Below, in pieces: positions 38,866-48,589 of a stretch of 64,000 bases of DNA. Position numbers and translations under genes: made by a program. Location of the stretch: the NCBI GenBank assembly GCA_037130335.1, contig JBAXTD010000001.1, positions 25,683 through 89,682 of the forward strand, written 5' to 3'. How positions within the stretch are numbered: the first letter of the stretch is position 1; each line of letters opens with the position of its first letter. Source of the stretch: a bacterium. Lineage in GTDB: Bacteria; Patescibacteriota; Minisyncoccia; Phycocordibacterales; UBA9973. A model generated the notes under the pieces. That model was not told where the DNA came from. It did no database searches and worked only from the letters and a program-made list of their open reading frames with translations.

Positions 38866-39255
38866 CTATGCGGTGCCTGCTTTCATATTTAGAATATCTT
38901 TTATCTTTTCGGCAAGTTCATCGAGTGTAAAGTTTGATTTAATCATAAACTCATTTGCTCCAAGTTCTTTGGCTCGTTTGATGTTTACTTCATCTGACAT
39001 GTTTGAAAACATAATGACTGGAGTGTTGATTGTTTTCATGTTTTCGCGAATTTTTTTTAGGATTCCGAGACCGTCAGTTGCTCCAGGGAGAATGATGTCG
39101 AGAATAAAGAGATCGGGAACATTCGATTCTAGAATTTTGGTGGCATCATCACTGTCTCCGGCTACGAGCACATCAAAACCTTCTTTTTGAAGTTTGGTTG
39201 CAGCGAGACCTTGCAAAAATACATCATCTTCAACTATCAAAATTTTTTTTGCCAT
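38866..39255 (-). CDS. Single-domain response regulator receiver
   Basis: ILIVEDD, ILDIILP, conserved S and K; no output domain. Confidence 0.93.
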   Translation of the reverse strand: MAKKILIVEDDVFLQGLAATKLQKEGFDVLVAGDSDDATKILESNVPDLFILDIILPGATDGLGILKKIRENMKTINTPVIMFSNMSDEVNIKRAKELGANEFMIKSNFTLDELAEKIKDILNMKAGTA

Positions 39256-39342
39256 GTGAATTATTGTTTTTGTTTTTACTAATCAAAATACTTTAAATAT
39301 TGTACCACAAAATCATTTGTCTAGCATTGTCAGTTTAAACCT

Positions 39343-40086
39343 TTATTCAGTGGGTATTTGGACAAAAAACGTTGTGCCCTCATTTATTTTGCTATCAAAC
39401 CAAATCTTGCCTTTGTGTTTTTCGACGATGCGTTTGGTCGTGTATAGACCAAGTCCAGAACCTACGACATCTTGTTGTTTTGCATTTGTTGCGCGGAAAA
39501 ATTTTCCGAAAATATTTTGTTGCTCCTCGGTTGTAATTCCAATTCCATTGTCGTGTACAGAAATTTCAATCGCAGAATCTTTTTTGCTTGCGTTGATGAC
39601 AATGCGGGTTTCTTTGTTTGAATATTTAATTGCATTTTCTACGAGGTTTTGAATCACGACACGAATTTTTTCGTAGTCAGCGGTAATTTCGAGTGTCGGT
39701 TGTTCTGGTTTTAGAAAGACTAATTGAATTCCTTTTTTGTATGATTCGCCAGTGAAGTCAAAGATTACTTCATCAATTAGTTTGATGACATCAAATGTAG
39801 AAAGTTTCATTTCATCCAAACTATCCTCACTATGATTCATTGAAAGCATTTCGTTTACAAAAGAAATCATACGATTGTCTGAATCGAGCGCTTTTTGCAT
39901 GAAATTTTTTTGTTCAGTTGTCATGTCTCCAAAGTCGCCGTCGATAAACATTTTGAGAATCCATTTCATTGCAGAGAGTGATGTGCGGAGTTGGTGAGCG
40001 GTTACAGAAATGAGATCGCTCTTTATCGAGTTTTGTTTTTTGAGTTCGGTGTTTTCTTGAATTAATTCTTCGATTGTTTGTGCCAT
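39343..40086 (-). CDS. Cytoplasmic histidine kinase (HisKA plus HATPase only)
   Basis: AHQLRT, NLVENAIKYS, DNGIGI, GSGLGL; no sensor or TM region. Confidence 0.95.
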   Translation of the reverse strand: MAQTIEELIQENTELKKQNSIKSDLISVTAHQLRTSLSAMKWILKMFIDGDFGDMTTEQKNFMQKALDSDNRMISFVNEMLSMNHSEDSLDEMKLSTFDVIKLIDEVIFDFTGESYKKGIQLVFLKPEQPTLEITADYEKIRVVIQNLVENAIKYSNKETRIVINASKKDSAIEISVHDNGIGITTEEQQNIFGKFFRATNAKQQDVVGSGLGLYTTKRIVEKHKGKIWFDSKINEGTTFFVQIPTE

Positions 40087-40093
40087 AACTATA

Positions 40094-40624
40094 TTATACT
40101 CTATTTTCTAAAAATTTTTTTACTGCATGTGGGACCATTGATTTCCATATGTTATCTCTATTTGCGATTGATTCACGAATCTTTGCGCCAGATTCTTCTC
40201 GGGTGTCATCAGAGAGTAAAATAATTCGTGTGGAGTATCCGAGATTTTCTAGAAATTCTTTTTTCTTTGAATCGAGTGCTCCTGTGTGGCCGATAAAAAA
40301 TACGGTATCGTTCGAAACAAGTGATGAAATATTTTTGTAGTCACTTGGAAAGGGGATAAAGGAGAAGCGTTCAGAAGGGATCGCCGCGTCGCAAAGCGAC
40401 GCGGCGATCATCGCAACTCGTTCATCATACGAGTACGGATTTTGTCTCAATGTACATGGATATCCAGTTTGCTCAGCAAATTCATTGGTACAAATTTCTG
40501 GAGTGCAAATGCCGATGACAATATGTTCTGCGTGTTCAAATCCAGCCAATAAGTATTTCATGTGACCATTGTGAAGTGGTTGAAATCGTCCATGAATAAG
40601 TCCGAGTTTTACTTTTTCTTGCAT
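40094..40624 (-). CDS. NadM-like nicotinamide-nucleotide adenylyltransferase
   Basis: HGRFQPLHNGH, NPYSYDER, SGAKIR. Confidence 0.85.
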   Translation of the reverse strand: MQEKVKLGLIHGRFQPLHNGHMKYLLAGFEHAEHIVIGICTPEICTNEFAEQTGYPCTLRQNPYSYDERVAMIAASLCDAAIPSERFSFIPFPSDYKNISSLVSNDTVFFIGHTGALDSKKKEFLENLGYSTRIILLSDDTREESGAKIRESIANRDNIWKSMVPHAVKKFLENRV

Positions 40625-40671
40625 ACGAATTTCAGTATAACAAAAGATTTAATATAGTATATAATGGAGAT

Positions 40672-41700
40672 ATGCTAGAGCACATTATATCTGATAAAAG
40701 AATACGATTCCTTCCTAGTAAGCAAAAAGCTTTTATCGAGGAAGTCATAAATATAACCAAATTAAATACAACAGAGCTTGCTCAAGAAATTGGTGTAAGT
40801 AGACGAACCCTTGCTGATTGGAAGCGAGAAAAGTTTCTTATGACCGAAACAGTATTCAAAAAAATGTGTGCAATTGCAAAAATCGCGAAACCAAAAAATG
40901 TAAAAATTCTTGAGCCTCATTGGAACGTTTCAAAAGCAGGTATTGCTGGAGCCAAAAAATTATACGCCAAGTATGGGAAATTTCCTGTTGACGAAAATTT
41001 TAGAAAAGAGAAATGGTTGCAGTGGTGGAAAAGGGTAGGCAAGAATAATGTGAAGAAAAAATGCGACAGTAGTATCACTATTCCAGAAAAAAGTGCGTTA
41101 CTTGCCGAATTTACAGGGGTAATGCTTGGTGACGGCGGCATATCTAAATTTCAAATAGATATCACGCTTGATTCAAAAACTGATAAGAAATATAGTTTGT
41201 TTGTCTGTTCTTCGATCAGTAAACTTTTTGCGGTTGAACCGAGTATTTATTATAATAAAAATTCACGAGCTCTTTCTGTAGTTGTTTCTCGCAAGGCACT
41301 TGTACAATTTTGTAATTCAACTTTAGGTTTGCCTGTTGGTAATAAACTAAAACAGGGAATTAAAATTCCAGATTGGATTCTTGAAAATTCGAGTTATTCC
41401 ATAGCCTGCGTTCGCGGTCTGGTTGACACTGATGGATGTTTCTTTAATCATCGATATGTTTCCAGTAAAAAACAATATCAATATCTAAAAATTGATTTCA
41501 CGAGCATGTCGAATATTCTACTCGAACAAGTTAAAAATATTTTGCAAAATAACGGTATTTATGTAAAACTGTCATCGCGTCCGTGTATTCGAATTGAAAG
41601 TGAGGATGGTGTCAAAAAGTATATTGCACTGTTTGGTACAAGTAATCCAAAAAATGTGCAAAAAATTAAAAAATGGAGCCGTGTCAGAGTGGTCGAATGA
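40672..41700 (+). CDS. HTH plus two-motif LAGLIDADG endonuclease-like protein
   Basis: ELAQEIGVSRRTLADW; LAEFTGVMLGDG; CVRGLVDTDG. Confidence 0.88.
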   Translation: MLEHIISDKRIRFLPSKQKAFIEEVINITKLNTTELAQEIGVSRRTLADWKREKFLMTETVFKKMCAIAKIAKPKNVKILEPHWNVSKAGIAGAKKLYAKYGKFPVDENFRKEKWLQWWKRVGKNNVKKKCDSSITIPEKSALLAEFTGVMLGDGGISKFQIDITLDSKTDKKYSLFVCSSISKLFAVEPSIYYNKNSRALSVVVSRKALVQFCNSTLGLPVGNKLKQGIKIPDWILENSSYSIACVRGLVDTDGCFFNHRYVSSKKQYQYLKIDFTSMSNILLEQVKNILQNNGIYVKLSSRPCIRIESEDGVKKYIALFGTSNPKNVQKIKKWSRVRVVE

Positions 41701-41761
41701 GCATCTTTGCTAAAGATGTAAGGGGTAATTCCCTTCGAGGGTTCGAATCCCTCCAGCTCCG
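41675..41761 (+). tRNA. tRNA-Ser (anticodon GCT)
   Basis: GGAGCCG/CAGCTCC-G, catct-ttGCTaa-agatg, long variable arm, gaggg-TTCGAAT-ccctc. Confidence 0.93.
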
Positions 41762-41826
41762 CAGTGAGTATAAAGTATCGGCAGACCCGAGTACCTAAAT
41801 TCTCGGATGTAAGCTAAAATGGTTGT

Positions 41827-42315
41827 ATGGAAAAATTCCTAAAACAAAATTGGTTTAAAATAATTATGATTATTGCTGTACTCATAGTTTGCATGAGTAT
41901 TTCTTTTTATTTCTTAAAAATACTCCCTCAAAGACAACATTCTAAAGATAGTATTTCATATCAAGACAAATGTGGAGCTCAATCGAGAATAGCTTATAAA
42001 GATCTAACTTCATTAGATCCGTCAAGTGACAGTACCCCCGATGGTCTAAATTATAGTTTTGAAAATCACTATAATTCAAAATTAAATAAATGTTTTATAC
42101 TCTTATATATAAATCACTGGGATGAAACTCTCGGTAACACCTCGGATGAAACACTTTTTGACTCCTATGGCCTTAATAAAATAGCAAGTTTTTCAGAGTC
42201 AAAAAATATTACAAAGAATACAGATCATTTATGGGAATGTAATATTAATGATAAAAAAGTTTGTTCTACTTTGGATGAATTTACATCTTTGATTCAGCCT
42301 TACATGGCCGATTAA
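41827..42315 (+). CDS. Hypothetical membrane-anchored protein
   Basis: N-terminal TM helix; four Cys in the soluble part. Confidence 0.75.
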   Translation: MEKFLKQNWFKIIMIIAVLIVCMSISFYFLKILPQRQHSKDSISYQDKCGAQSRIAYKDLTSLDPSSDSTPDGLNYSFENHYNSKLNKCFILLYINHWDETLGNTSDETLFDSYGLNKIASFSESKNITKNTDHLWECNINDKKVCSTLDEFTSLIQPYMAD

Positions 42316-42317
42316 TT

Positions 42318-42836
42318 ATGCTGTATCTTATTGGAGTTCAACATGGATTACAGTATGTAGGAATAGGGTCAGCGGAATATGAACATATATCAAGGTTTAA
42401 AAAATACTTGAGTACTCAATGTAAAAAAATAAAACCTAAATATATTGCTGAGGAATTTAACGACGATGCTCTAAAAAAGAGGTGCGCAACATCTAATATC
42501 ACTACCTGTAAAGAAATTTCAGAAAAATTTAATATACAACATATTTTCATTGAACCAACACTTGAAGAAAGAAAAGTACTGAATATACCAACGAATAAAG
42601 AGATCCATGAAAAGCTTGGAATAAAATTAAATTTTTTTAATCAAAAAGAAGCTGAGTTAATAAGCCACGAGGAAAATAAATATTTTCCAATACGAGAAAA
42701 ATTTTGGCTTTCAAAAATACCAAAAAAAGATTCTGGACTAGTAATTATTGGAGCAAGTCACATTGAAACATTTAAATCATTGTTAGAATCACAAAAAATA
42801 CCTTTTTCCATTCTTGATTCAAAATGGGATATCTGA
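42318..42836 (+). CDS. Hypothetical protein, possibly TraB/ChaN-like fold
   Basis: LIGVQH, IAEE, REKFW, IIGASH spacing. Confidence 0.65.
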   Translation: MLYLIGVQHGLQYVGIGSAEYEHISRFKKYLSTQCKKIKPKYIAEEFNDDALKKRCATSNITTCKEISEKFNIQHIFIEPTLEERKVLNIPTNKEIHEKLGIKLNFFNQKEAELISHEENKYFPIREKFWLSKIPKKDSGLVIIGASHIETFKSLLESQKIPFSILDSKWDI

Positions 42837-42987
42837 TTCATAGATATCGAATTAGCTCTAAAAATTTTTCAAGAAACCCTTACGGTGCTTGGTTGCGAAA
42901 GTTTGAACCCCTCCGTCTCCGCGAGTAGTATTTAGCATCAAATAACTCGAGTACTTAAGCGGGTCTTTTTGGGTTATAATTAAGAAT

Positions 42988-43575
42988 ATGGAAAAAATGC
43001 CAAAACAATATTTGTATCATATGGTACCCGAGGATATGAAGCCCGATCAGGAAGGTCGGCATATTTTGTATCCATTAAATATGCTGAAAGAAAAATTTCC
43101 AGGACTATACGAAATAAAATCTGAAAAATATAATTCGGATGAAAGTAGAAAAACAATTCCCGAACGATTGATACCAACACTTGAAAACGCAGCGTGGGGA
43201 GATGTTGTGCAGCTTACAGCTATCCACCCAAAGGATTTGAAAAAGGCACTTGTGGATGCTGGTTTTACACCAAAAGAGCTAAAGTTTTATCAGGTCGATC
43301 CAGAATTACTTGATCCGAAAAAAACAACTATTTATTTGTATCAAGACGGGTTTGAAAAAGAAGGCGAAGAAAGTTTTGGTAAATACGATCCACAAAAACT
43401 AAGTGAACATGCAATGGTTCCAGAAAGAACAAAAGAATATTATAAAGAAAAATTTTCACAAAAAGAGCGACCACTGCTTTTTGTTGGCGTACCTCATATT
43501 TTTCACAAGGGACCAATCGATGTTTCGAACTTTCCAGTTATAAGCACGGAAATTGATGCTGGTTCACATGTATAA
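42988..43575 (+). CDS. Hypothetical protein
   Basis: 195-aa ORF, YLYHMVP...LYPLN.LK; TATAAT 7 nt upstream. Confidence 0.8.
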   Translation: MEKMPKQYLYHMVPEDMKPDQEGRHILYPLNMLKEKFPGLYEIKSEKYNSDESRKTIPERLIPTLENAAWGDVVQLTAIHPKDLKKALVDAGFTPKELKFYQVDPELLDPKKTTIYLYQDGFEKEGEESFGKYDPQKLSEHAMVPERTKEYYKEKFSQKERPLLFVGVPHIFHKGPIDVSNFPVISTEIDAGSHV

Positions 43576-43617
43576 ATTTTACGTCAAAAATAATTTGCGT
43601 GATATTATTTAAATATT

Positions 43618-44073
43618 ATGACAAATACTATTATTAATTTTTTGGGACTCTTTTTATTTATTGCAGGTTTTGTGATTGGGCTTGGTGCAGTGACAGTGAT
43701 TGATATTCATGGATTTCTCGGACGTAAATCATCATATTGGACAGAGGCGACGACACGCACACACAAGGTTACCAAACCACTTATTTGGGTGGGAATAATT
43801 TTGGCAATTATTGGGGGAAGTATCTTTTATCGAAACGAAACTCTTTCTGGAATTCCGCTTATTCATTTGGTTATTGCAATCGTGCTTATCATAAACGGAT
43901 ATTTTTTGTCGTTTAAAGTAAGTCCATATATGCTTGCTCGAGAAAAAGAAGGGAAGTCTGGAGAATTACTACCACAATCATGGCAAAACAAAATAATGAT
44001 AAGTTTGATATTTTCTGATCTCGGGTGGTGGGGAGGATTGGCGCTTTTGATTTGGTATGTTGTAGCTAAATAA
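43618..44073 (+). CDS. Hypothetical membrane protein, about four TM helices
   Basis: Hydrophobicity pattern. Confidence 0.8.
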   Translation: MTNTIINFLGLFLFIAGFVIGLGAVTVIDIHGFLGRKSSYWTEATTRTHKVTKPLIWVGIILAIIGGSIFYRNETLSGIPLIHLVIAIVLIINGYFLSFKVSPYMLAREKEGKSGELLPQSWQNKIMISLIFSDLGWWGGLALLIWYVVAK

Positions 44074-44151
44074 TAGTGCACCATACTGTATTATTAATTC
44101 GTATCATATATGTGCTGTCGTATTAATAGTATTTAATTCTTTGTTTTATAT

Positions 44152-44823
44152 ATGAAAAATAAACATAAAATTGTTACATTGGTTGCGGGGGTTATTGCAG
44201 TAGGTTCGGTTATCGCACCTACATTTGCGTTTGCACAAGGAGTAGAGGCGAGTGCGAGCTCTTCTTCACTTCATTCACAAATCGAAATGGGTGGAAAATC
44301 ATTATCAAAAAATCATGCACAAAACAATCGGACCGTAAATGGTAAAGTTGTTTCAGTAAATGGTTCTATTATTACACTTACAAACAAAAAGAATGTTGTG
44401 TACACAATTGACGCAACAAATGCAAAATTTGCAGGAAAGGAGATTGGTGATGCGTTTACATTTGCAAGTATTTTGCCAAACGACGAAATCTCTGTTCGAG
44501 GTACTGTAACTGGTACAAATGTTGTAGCAACATCAATTTCTGATAAATCATATACTGACCGTACAATATTTCCAGGAAAAGTAGTTTCAGTTTCTGGATC
44601 AACAATCACACTCATGAAAGACAAAAATACTACCTATACTGTTAACGTTGGTTCTGCAACAGTAACAAAAGGTTTTGGAAAAAATTCAAAGACGATCTCA
44701 ATTTCAGATATTGCGGTCGGGGATAGACTTGCAGTGATTGGTTCACTTGCTGGTACTCTTGTTACACCTACATCAATTCAAGATATGGGAAACATGGGTG
44801 GAGGAATGCACGCAAAGAAATAA
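44152..44823 (+). CDS. Secreted protein with two DUF5666-like beta repeats
   Basis: Signal peptide ending AFA; GKVVSVNGSIITL / GKVVSVSGSTITL repeats. Confidence 0.8.
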   Translation: MKNKHKIVTLVAGVIAVGSVIAPTFAFAQGVEASASSSSLHSQIEMGGKSLSKNHAQNNRTVNGKVVSVNGSIITLTNKKNVVYTIDATNAKFAGKEIGDAFTFASILPNDEISVRGTVTGTNVVATSISDKSYTDRTIFPGKVVSVSGSTITLMKDKNTTYTVNVGSATVTKGFGKNSKTISISDIAVGDRLAVIGSLAGTLVTPTSIQDMGNMGGGMHAKK

Positions 44824-44851
44824 ATTAAGTTTGGAAAATTGTTATAAAAGT

Positions 44852-44891
44852 AAAAGCCCCGCGTTTTCCTTCGGAAAACGCGGGGCTTTTT
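44852..44891. terminator. Bidirectional terminator
   Basis: aaaagccccgcgttttcc-ttc-ggaaaacgcggggctttt. Confidence 0.85.
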
Positions 44892-44895
44892 GTAT

Positions 44896-46107
44896 TTATT
44901 TTTTCTTTGGCTCCGTCTCCCACAAATCCCAAATGTTTTTTGATAAATCAATTCGTGGTCCTTCGTATGCAAAATAATGTAAATCAATAAATGGCATTGA
45001 GTTGCACTCGATGATGCCCCATGTCTGACCCTCGGGATCTTTGGTTGGGTCAGGGACGATTACATCAAACCCTGCAATTGATACTTCAAACGCAATTCCT
45101 GCTCGCTCAAAAATTTCATGAAATTTAGGATGAATTTCATCAAGCATTTCTTTGGTATATCCACCGAGGAATCGCCCTGTTTTTGCAGTCACATCGAGAA
45201 TTTCACCTTTGGGTATAATACTTTCGAGCGTGTAATTTTTTCTTCCGATAAACGATATGATATCATCATTGACTACGATATCAAATATTTTTTCTGGTTT
45301 GTTTTTGTTTTGTATCTCTATTAACTCAGAGATTGTATGGATTCCGTCGCCAGTAATTTTGGGAGGATCTGTTTTAAAAAATCCAACAAGTTTGTTGTTT
45401 ATAATTGTTGCGCGATACACACTACCAAATAAATGTTTTTCAACCACAAGCGAATGCGCAATCATTTTGCCAAGTTTGTATGCATCCTGAAGTTCTGTGA
45501 TTGTATTGATGTTTGTTGTCGTGTGTCGTGCGCGTGATCCGTGTTGGGGTTTTATAATTACAGGATTTCCTAATTCATTGAATGCTCGTTGTGCTTGTGC
45601 GAATGTCGCAACTTTTTTTGCACGAGGTGAGTTAATGTTGAGTGAATTTAGTTTTTCTGAAAGTAAAAACTTGTCATCAATCCATTCGTATCCTTTTTGG
45701 GGAAGCCATGGGGGAATAGGAATACTTTGGAAATACACCCATCGTCCATTTATTTTTGCTCGATATTGTTCGAGTGGTTTTTTGAACATGATTACTTGTT
45801 GCATCGGTATGTTGCGTCGGATTGCTTCATTCCAAATCATTTCAGAACGTCCAGTAACTACTTTGGTTACATCATCTGAATATGTTGCTAGTCCAAATAG
45901 TTGAAATATTCCCACAAAGCCTTGCATAAAAATATCCGTAATCGGACTTTCAGATGGTATTTTTATCCACCCAAAAAAGAAATCAGCAATTTTTTCAAAA
46001 ATATTTTCTGCGATTGATCCAATATAAAAAAGCCGGTGATTAACTGGCGCTGTTCCGCATGCACTACATGAACTTACTTTTGAAATATGTTTTTGTTCTG
46101 TACTCAT
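44896..46107 (-). CDS. ATP-grasp ligase resembling the CphA/GshF ATP-grasp domain
   Basis: DDK, PVIIKP..GS, VEKHL.G..YR, ITGDGIHTI.ELI, GFDV, IIECNSMP. Confidence 0.85.
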   Translation of the reverse strand: MSTEQKHISKVSSCSACGTAPVNHRLFYIGSIAENIFEKIADFFFGWIKIPSESPITDIFMQGFVGIFQLFGLATYSDDVTKVVTGRSEMIWNEAIRRNIPMQQVIMFKKPLEQYRAKINGRWVYFQSIPIPPWLPQKGYEWIDDKFLLSEKLNSLNINSPRAKKVATFAQAQRAFNELGNPVIIKPQHGSRARHTTTNINTITELQDAYKLGKMIAHSLVVEKHLFGSVYRATIINNKLVGFFKTDPPKITGDGIHTISELIEIQNKNKPEKIFDIVVNDDIISFIGRKNYTLESIIPKGEILDVTAKTGRFLGGYTKEMLDEIHPKFHEIFERAGIAFEVSIAGFDVIVPDPTKDPEGQTWGIIECNSMPFIDLHYFAYEGPRIDLSKNIWDLWETEPKKK

Positions 46108-46266
46108 ATGAATATGCAAAGAGCTAGCAAGTGCTAGCTCTTTGGTCAAATTAATGATGTCCCAACATGGTCGTGTATAGATTTAGGGTACTAATAATAC
46201 GACAAACCAATTATACTCAGTTTTTTTGGTTTTTAAAAGGTGGTACCTGTGTTAAACTTTTTGTGT

Positions 46267-47322
46267 ATGAAATCCTTTGTTTTTATTACTATTTTTATAT
46301 TGATATTTCCATGTGTGTCGAGAGCACAAACATCAGCATCTCCGCAGGCACTTTTGTATGTCCAAAACTCAACTCGAGCAATCAATTCATTGCGCGAACA
46401 TATTTCTTCTGTCGATATCGTTGCACCACAAACATATGTGACGAACTCAAAAGGGAAATTGATGGGTAAACCAAACAAAGAAATTTTGTCGATTGCACAA
46501 ACTGCCGGCGCGCACATTATGCCGCTTGTTTCAAATCAGGGTTTTAATCAAAAAAAAATTGATGAATTTCTAAAAGACACCAATGCACAAAATGCCTTGC
46601 TCGCATCGCTTGTCACAGAGGCACAAACTCAAAAATATATTGGCTATCAGTATGATTTCGAACACATTGCAGTATCCGATCGAGATGTATATTCAGCATT
46701 CATTGCCAAAAGTGCCACATATTTTCATGGTAATAATTTACAACTTTCTGTGGCAATAGCACCAATTCATTCAGAAAATCCAAATGATTTCGGACCAGGT
46801 TCGTGGCAAAACTGGACAGGCGCATTTGATTACCCAGCAATCGGTGCTTCTGCTGATTTCGTTTCAGTTATGGCGTATGATGACTCCAATTCTGTCGGTC
46901 CCACTGCGTCATTGCCATGGGTGACACAAGTTGCTAATTATACACTTGCGCATATTCCAGCAAATAAAGTTTCATTTGGGATACCGTTTTATGCATGGGT
47001 TCGAAATACTGCAACTGGAAAACGAGTAGAAATTACTGGATATCCAGTGCTCGGTTCTATTATTGATAACGGCACATATATCGACAAAGGGTGGTCAGAC
47101 ACACTTGGTGTGCCGTGGATTACATTTAAAGCAAAAGGAAAACATGGAAAAGTTTTGACCGCATGGTACGAAGACGCTCAAAGTTTTCAGAAAAAAATTA
47201 ATTTAATTAAAACAAACAACATGCGAGGATATTCAGCTTGGGCGATAGGACAAGAAGATCCAAAAATTTGGAACGTTATTGCGCAAACCCGAAGTAGTGA
47301 TGCCCAAGTGGCAGTGAAGTAA
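46267..47322 (+). CDS. Secreted GH18 glycoside hydrolase
   Basis: Signal peptide; GYQYDFE, VMAYD, GIPFY, WYED, AWAIGQED. Confidence 0.9.
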   Translation: MKSFVFITIFILIFPCVSRAQTSASPQALLYVQNSTRAINSLREHISSVDIVAPQTYVTNSKGKLMGKPNKEILSIAQTAGAHIMPLVSNQGFNQKKIDEFLKDTNAQNALLASLVTEAQTQKYIGYQYDFEHIAVSDRDVYSAFIAKSATYFHGNNLQLSVAIAPIHSENPNDFGPGSWQNWTGAFDYPAIGASADFVSVMAYDDSNSVGPTASLPWVTQVANYTLAHIPANKVSFGIPFYAWVRNTATGKRVEITGYPVLGSIIDNGTYIDKGWSDTLGVPWITFKAKGKHGKVLTAWYEDAQSFQKKINLIKTNNMRGYSAWAIGQEDPKIWNVIAQTRSSDAQVAVK

Positions 47323-47367
47323 ATTTTTGTTGATGCGTATTCTTGTAATTAGGTGTAAAATGGGGGA

Positions 47368-48492
47368 ATGGAAATATTTCAAAACTTTTTAGAAGCAATA
47401 AAAGGACTTTTTAAATCTACAAAATCAGATGATGGCTCTGATCGTGTTGTGGGTATCGATATAGGTACATCATCAATTAAGCTTGTTGAAATTCGCAAAG
47501 CCGATGGTAAGGCGTATCTCGAAACATACAGTACGCTCGCGCTTGGTTCATATGCGAGTACGGATGTGGGTGCAGTCACGAATTTGTCCGATGAAATTTT
47601 AACCAAAGCACTTACTGAAGCGGTGACAAATGGTTCAGTTGTGACAAAAAACGCCGCGCTCTCGATTCCGTCATCGGCATCGCTTGTATTTATTGTAGAG
47701 CTTCCAGGAAATGTAGCCGAAAAAGATCTCGATGCGATTGTGCCCGTAGAAGCACGCAAATATATTCCGATTCCAATTACCGAAGTCGCACTCAATTATT
47801 GGGTACTTCCAAATCATGATGCATCGCTTGATACTGGTGTCGAAACAAAACAAGACAAAACCGAAGTGCTCGTCGCAGCGATTCGTAACGAAGCACTTTC
47901 TAAATATCAATCACTCGCCAAAGCCGCTGGTCTCGAAGCTGATGTGTTTGAAATTGAAATCTTTTCAGAAATTCGCGCAGCATTTGGTCACGAACTTTCA
48001 GCCGTGCTTATCGTAGATATGGGTGCATCAAAAACAAAAGTTGCGATTGTGGAGTATGGTGTTGTGCGTAATTTTCATATTATCAATCGCGGAAGTTTTG
48101 ATATTTCAAGTAATATTGCGAAGTCTCTCACGATTACATTTGAACGTGCCGAAGATTTGAAACGAAAAGTTGGAATCATTGGAGAGGGAGCAGATAAGCA
48201 AGCATCAGACATCGCCAAACTTTCTGTTGATTATATTTTGTCTGAAATTGGTAATGTGATTCAGACGTTTGAACGCAAATACAACAAGCCGGTAAGTAAA
48301 ATTATTCTCTCTGGTGCGGGCTCACTTCTCCCAGGATTCCGCGACCTCGCTGCCAAAACATTTCATATTGAAACCATCAGTGCAAATCCATTCGAAAAGG
48401 TGACGGTACCAGACTTTGTCGTCAATGTTCTCGCCGAAACTGGCCCAGAATTTTCTGTCGCTCTCGGTGTCGCACTTCGCAAATTGGGGTAA
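47368..48492 (+). CDS. pilM: Type IV pilus assembly protein PilM
   Basis: GIDIGTSSIK, EARKYIP, VDMGASKT, ALGVALR. Confidence 0.95.
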   Translation: MEIFQNFLEAIKGLFKSTKSDDGSDRVVGIDIGTSSIKLVEIRKADGKAYLETYSTLALGSYASTDVGAVTNLSDEILTKALTEAVTNGSVVTKNAALSIPSSASLVFIVELPGNVAEKDLDAIVPVEARKYIPIPITEVALNYWVLPNHDASLDTGVETKQDKTEVLVAAIRNEALSKYQSLAKAAGLEADVFEIEIFSEIRAAFGHELSAVLIVDMGASKTKVAIVEYGVVRNFHIINRGSFDISSNIAKSLTITFERAEDLKRKVGIIGEGADKQASDIAKLSVDYILSEIGNVIQTFERKYNKPVSKIILSGAGSLLPGFRDLAAKTFHIETISANPFEKVTVPDFVVNVLAETGPEFSVALGVALRKLG

Positions 48493-48589
48493 TATATCCT
48501 TATAAATATAGGTTTTTTGGGTGATTGCCTAGTATTGACTTTTGTGCTTTTTTGTGATATTATATATATGAACCAAAAAACATTGAAAA

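Larger units (their letters stand above)
41741..42958. mobile_element. Degenerate islet bounded by 58-bp tRNA-Ser 3'-end repeats
   Basis: 41741-41798 versus 42901-42958 align without gaps at 40/58 positions; two AT-rich genes inside; no integrase. Confidence 0.6.

Noticed and set aside
42901-42922. Second tRNA gene
   Set aside because: Only a degenerate T-loop and acceptor strand are present, with no D or anticodon arm; treated as a repeat.
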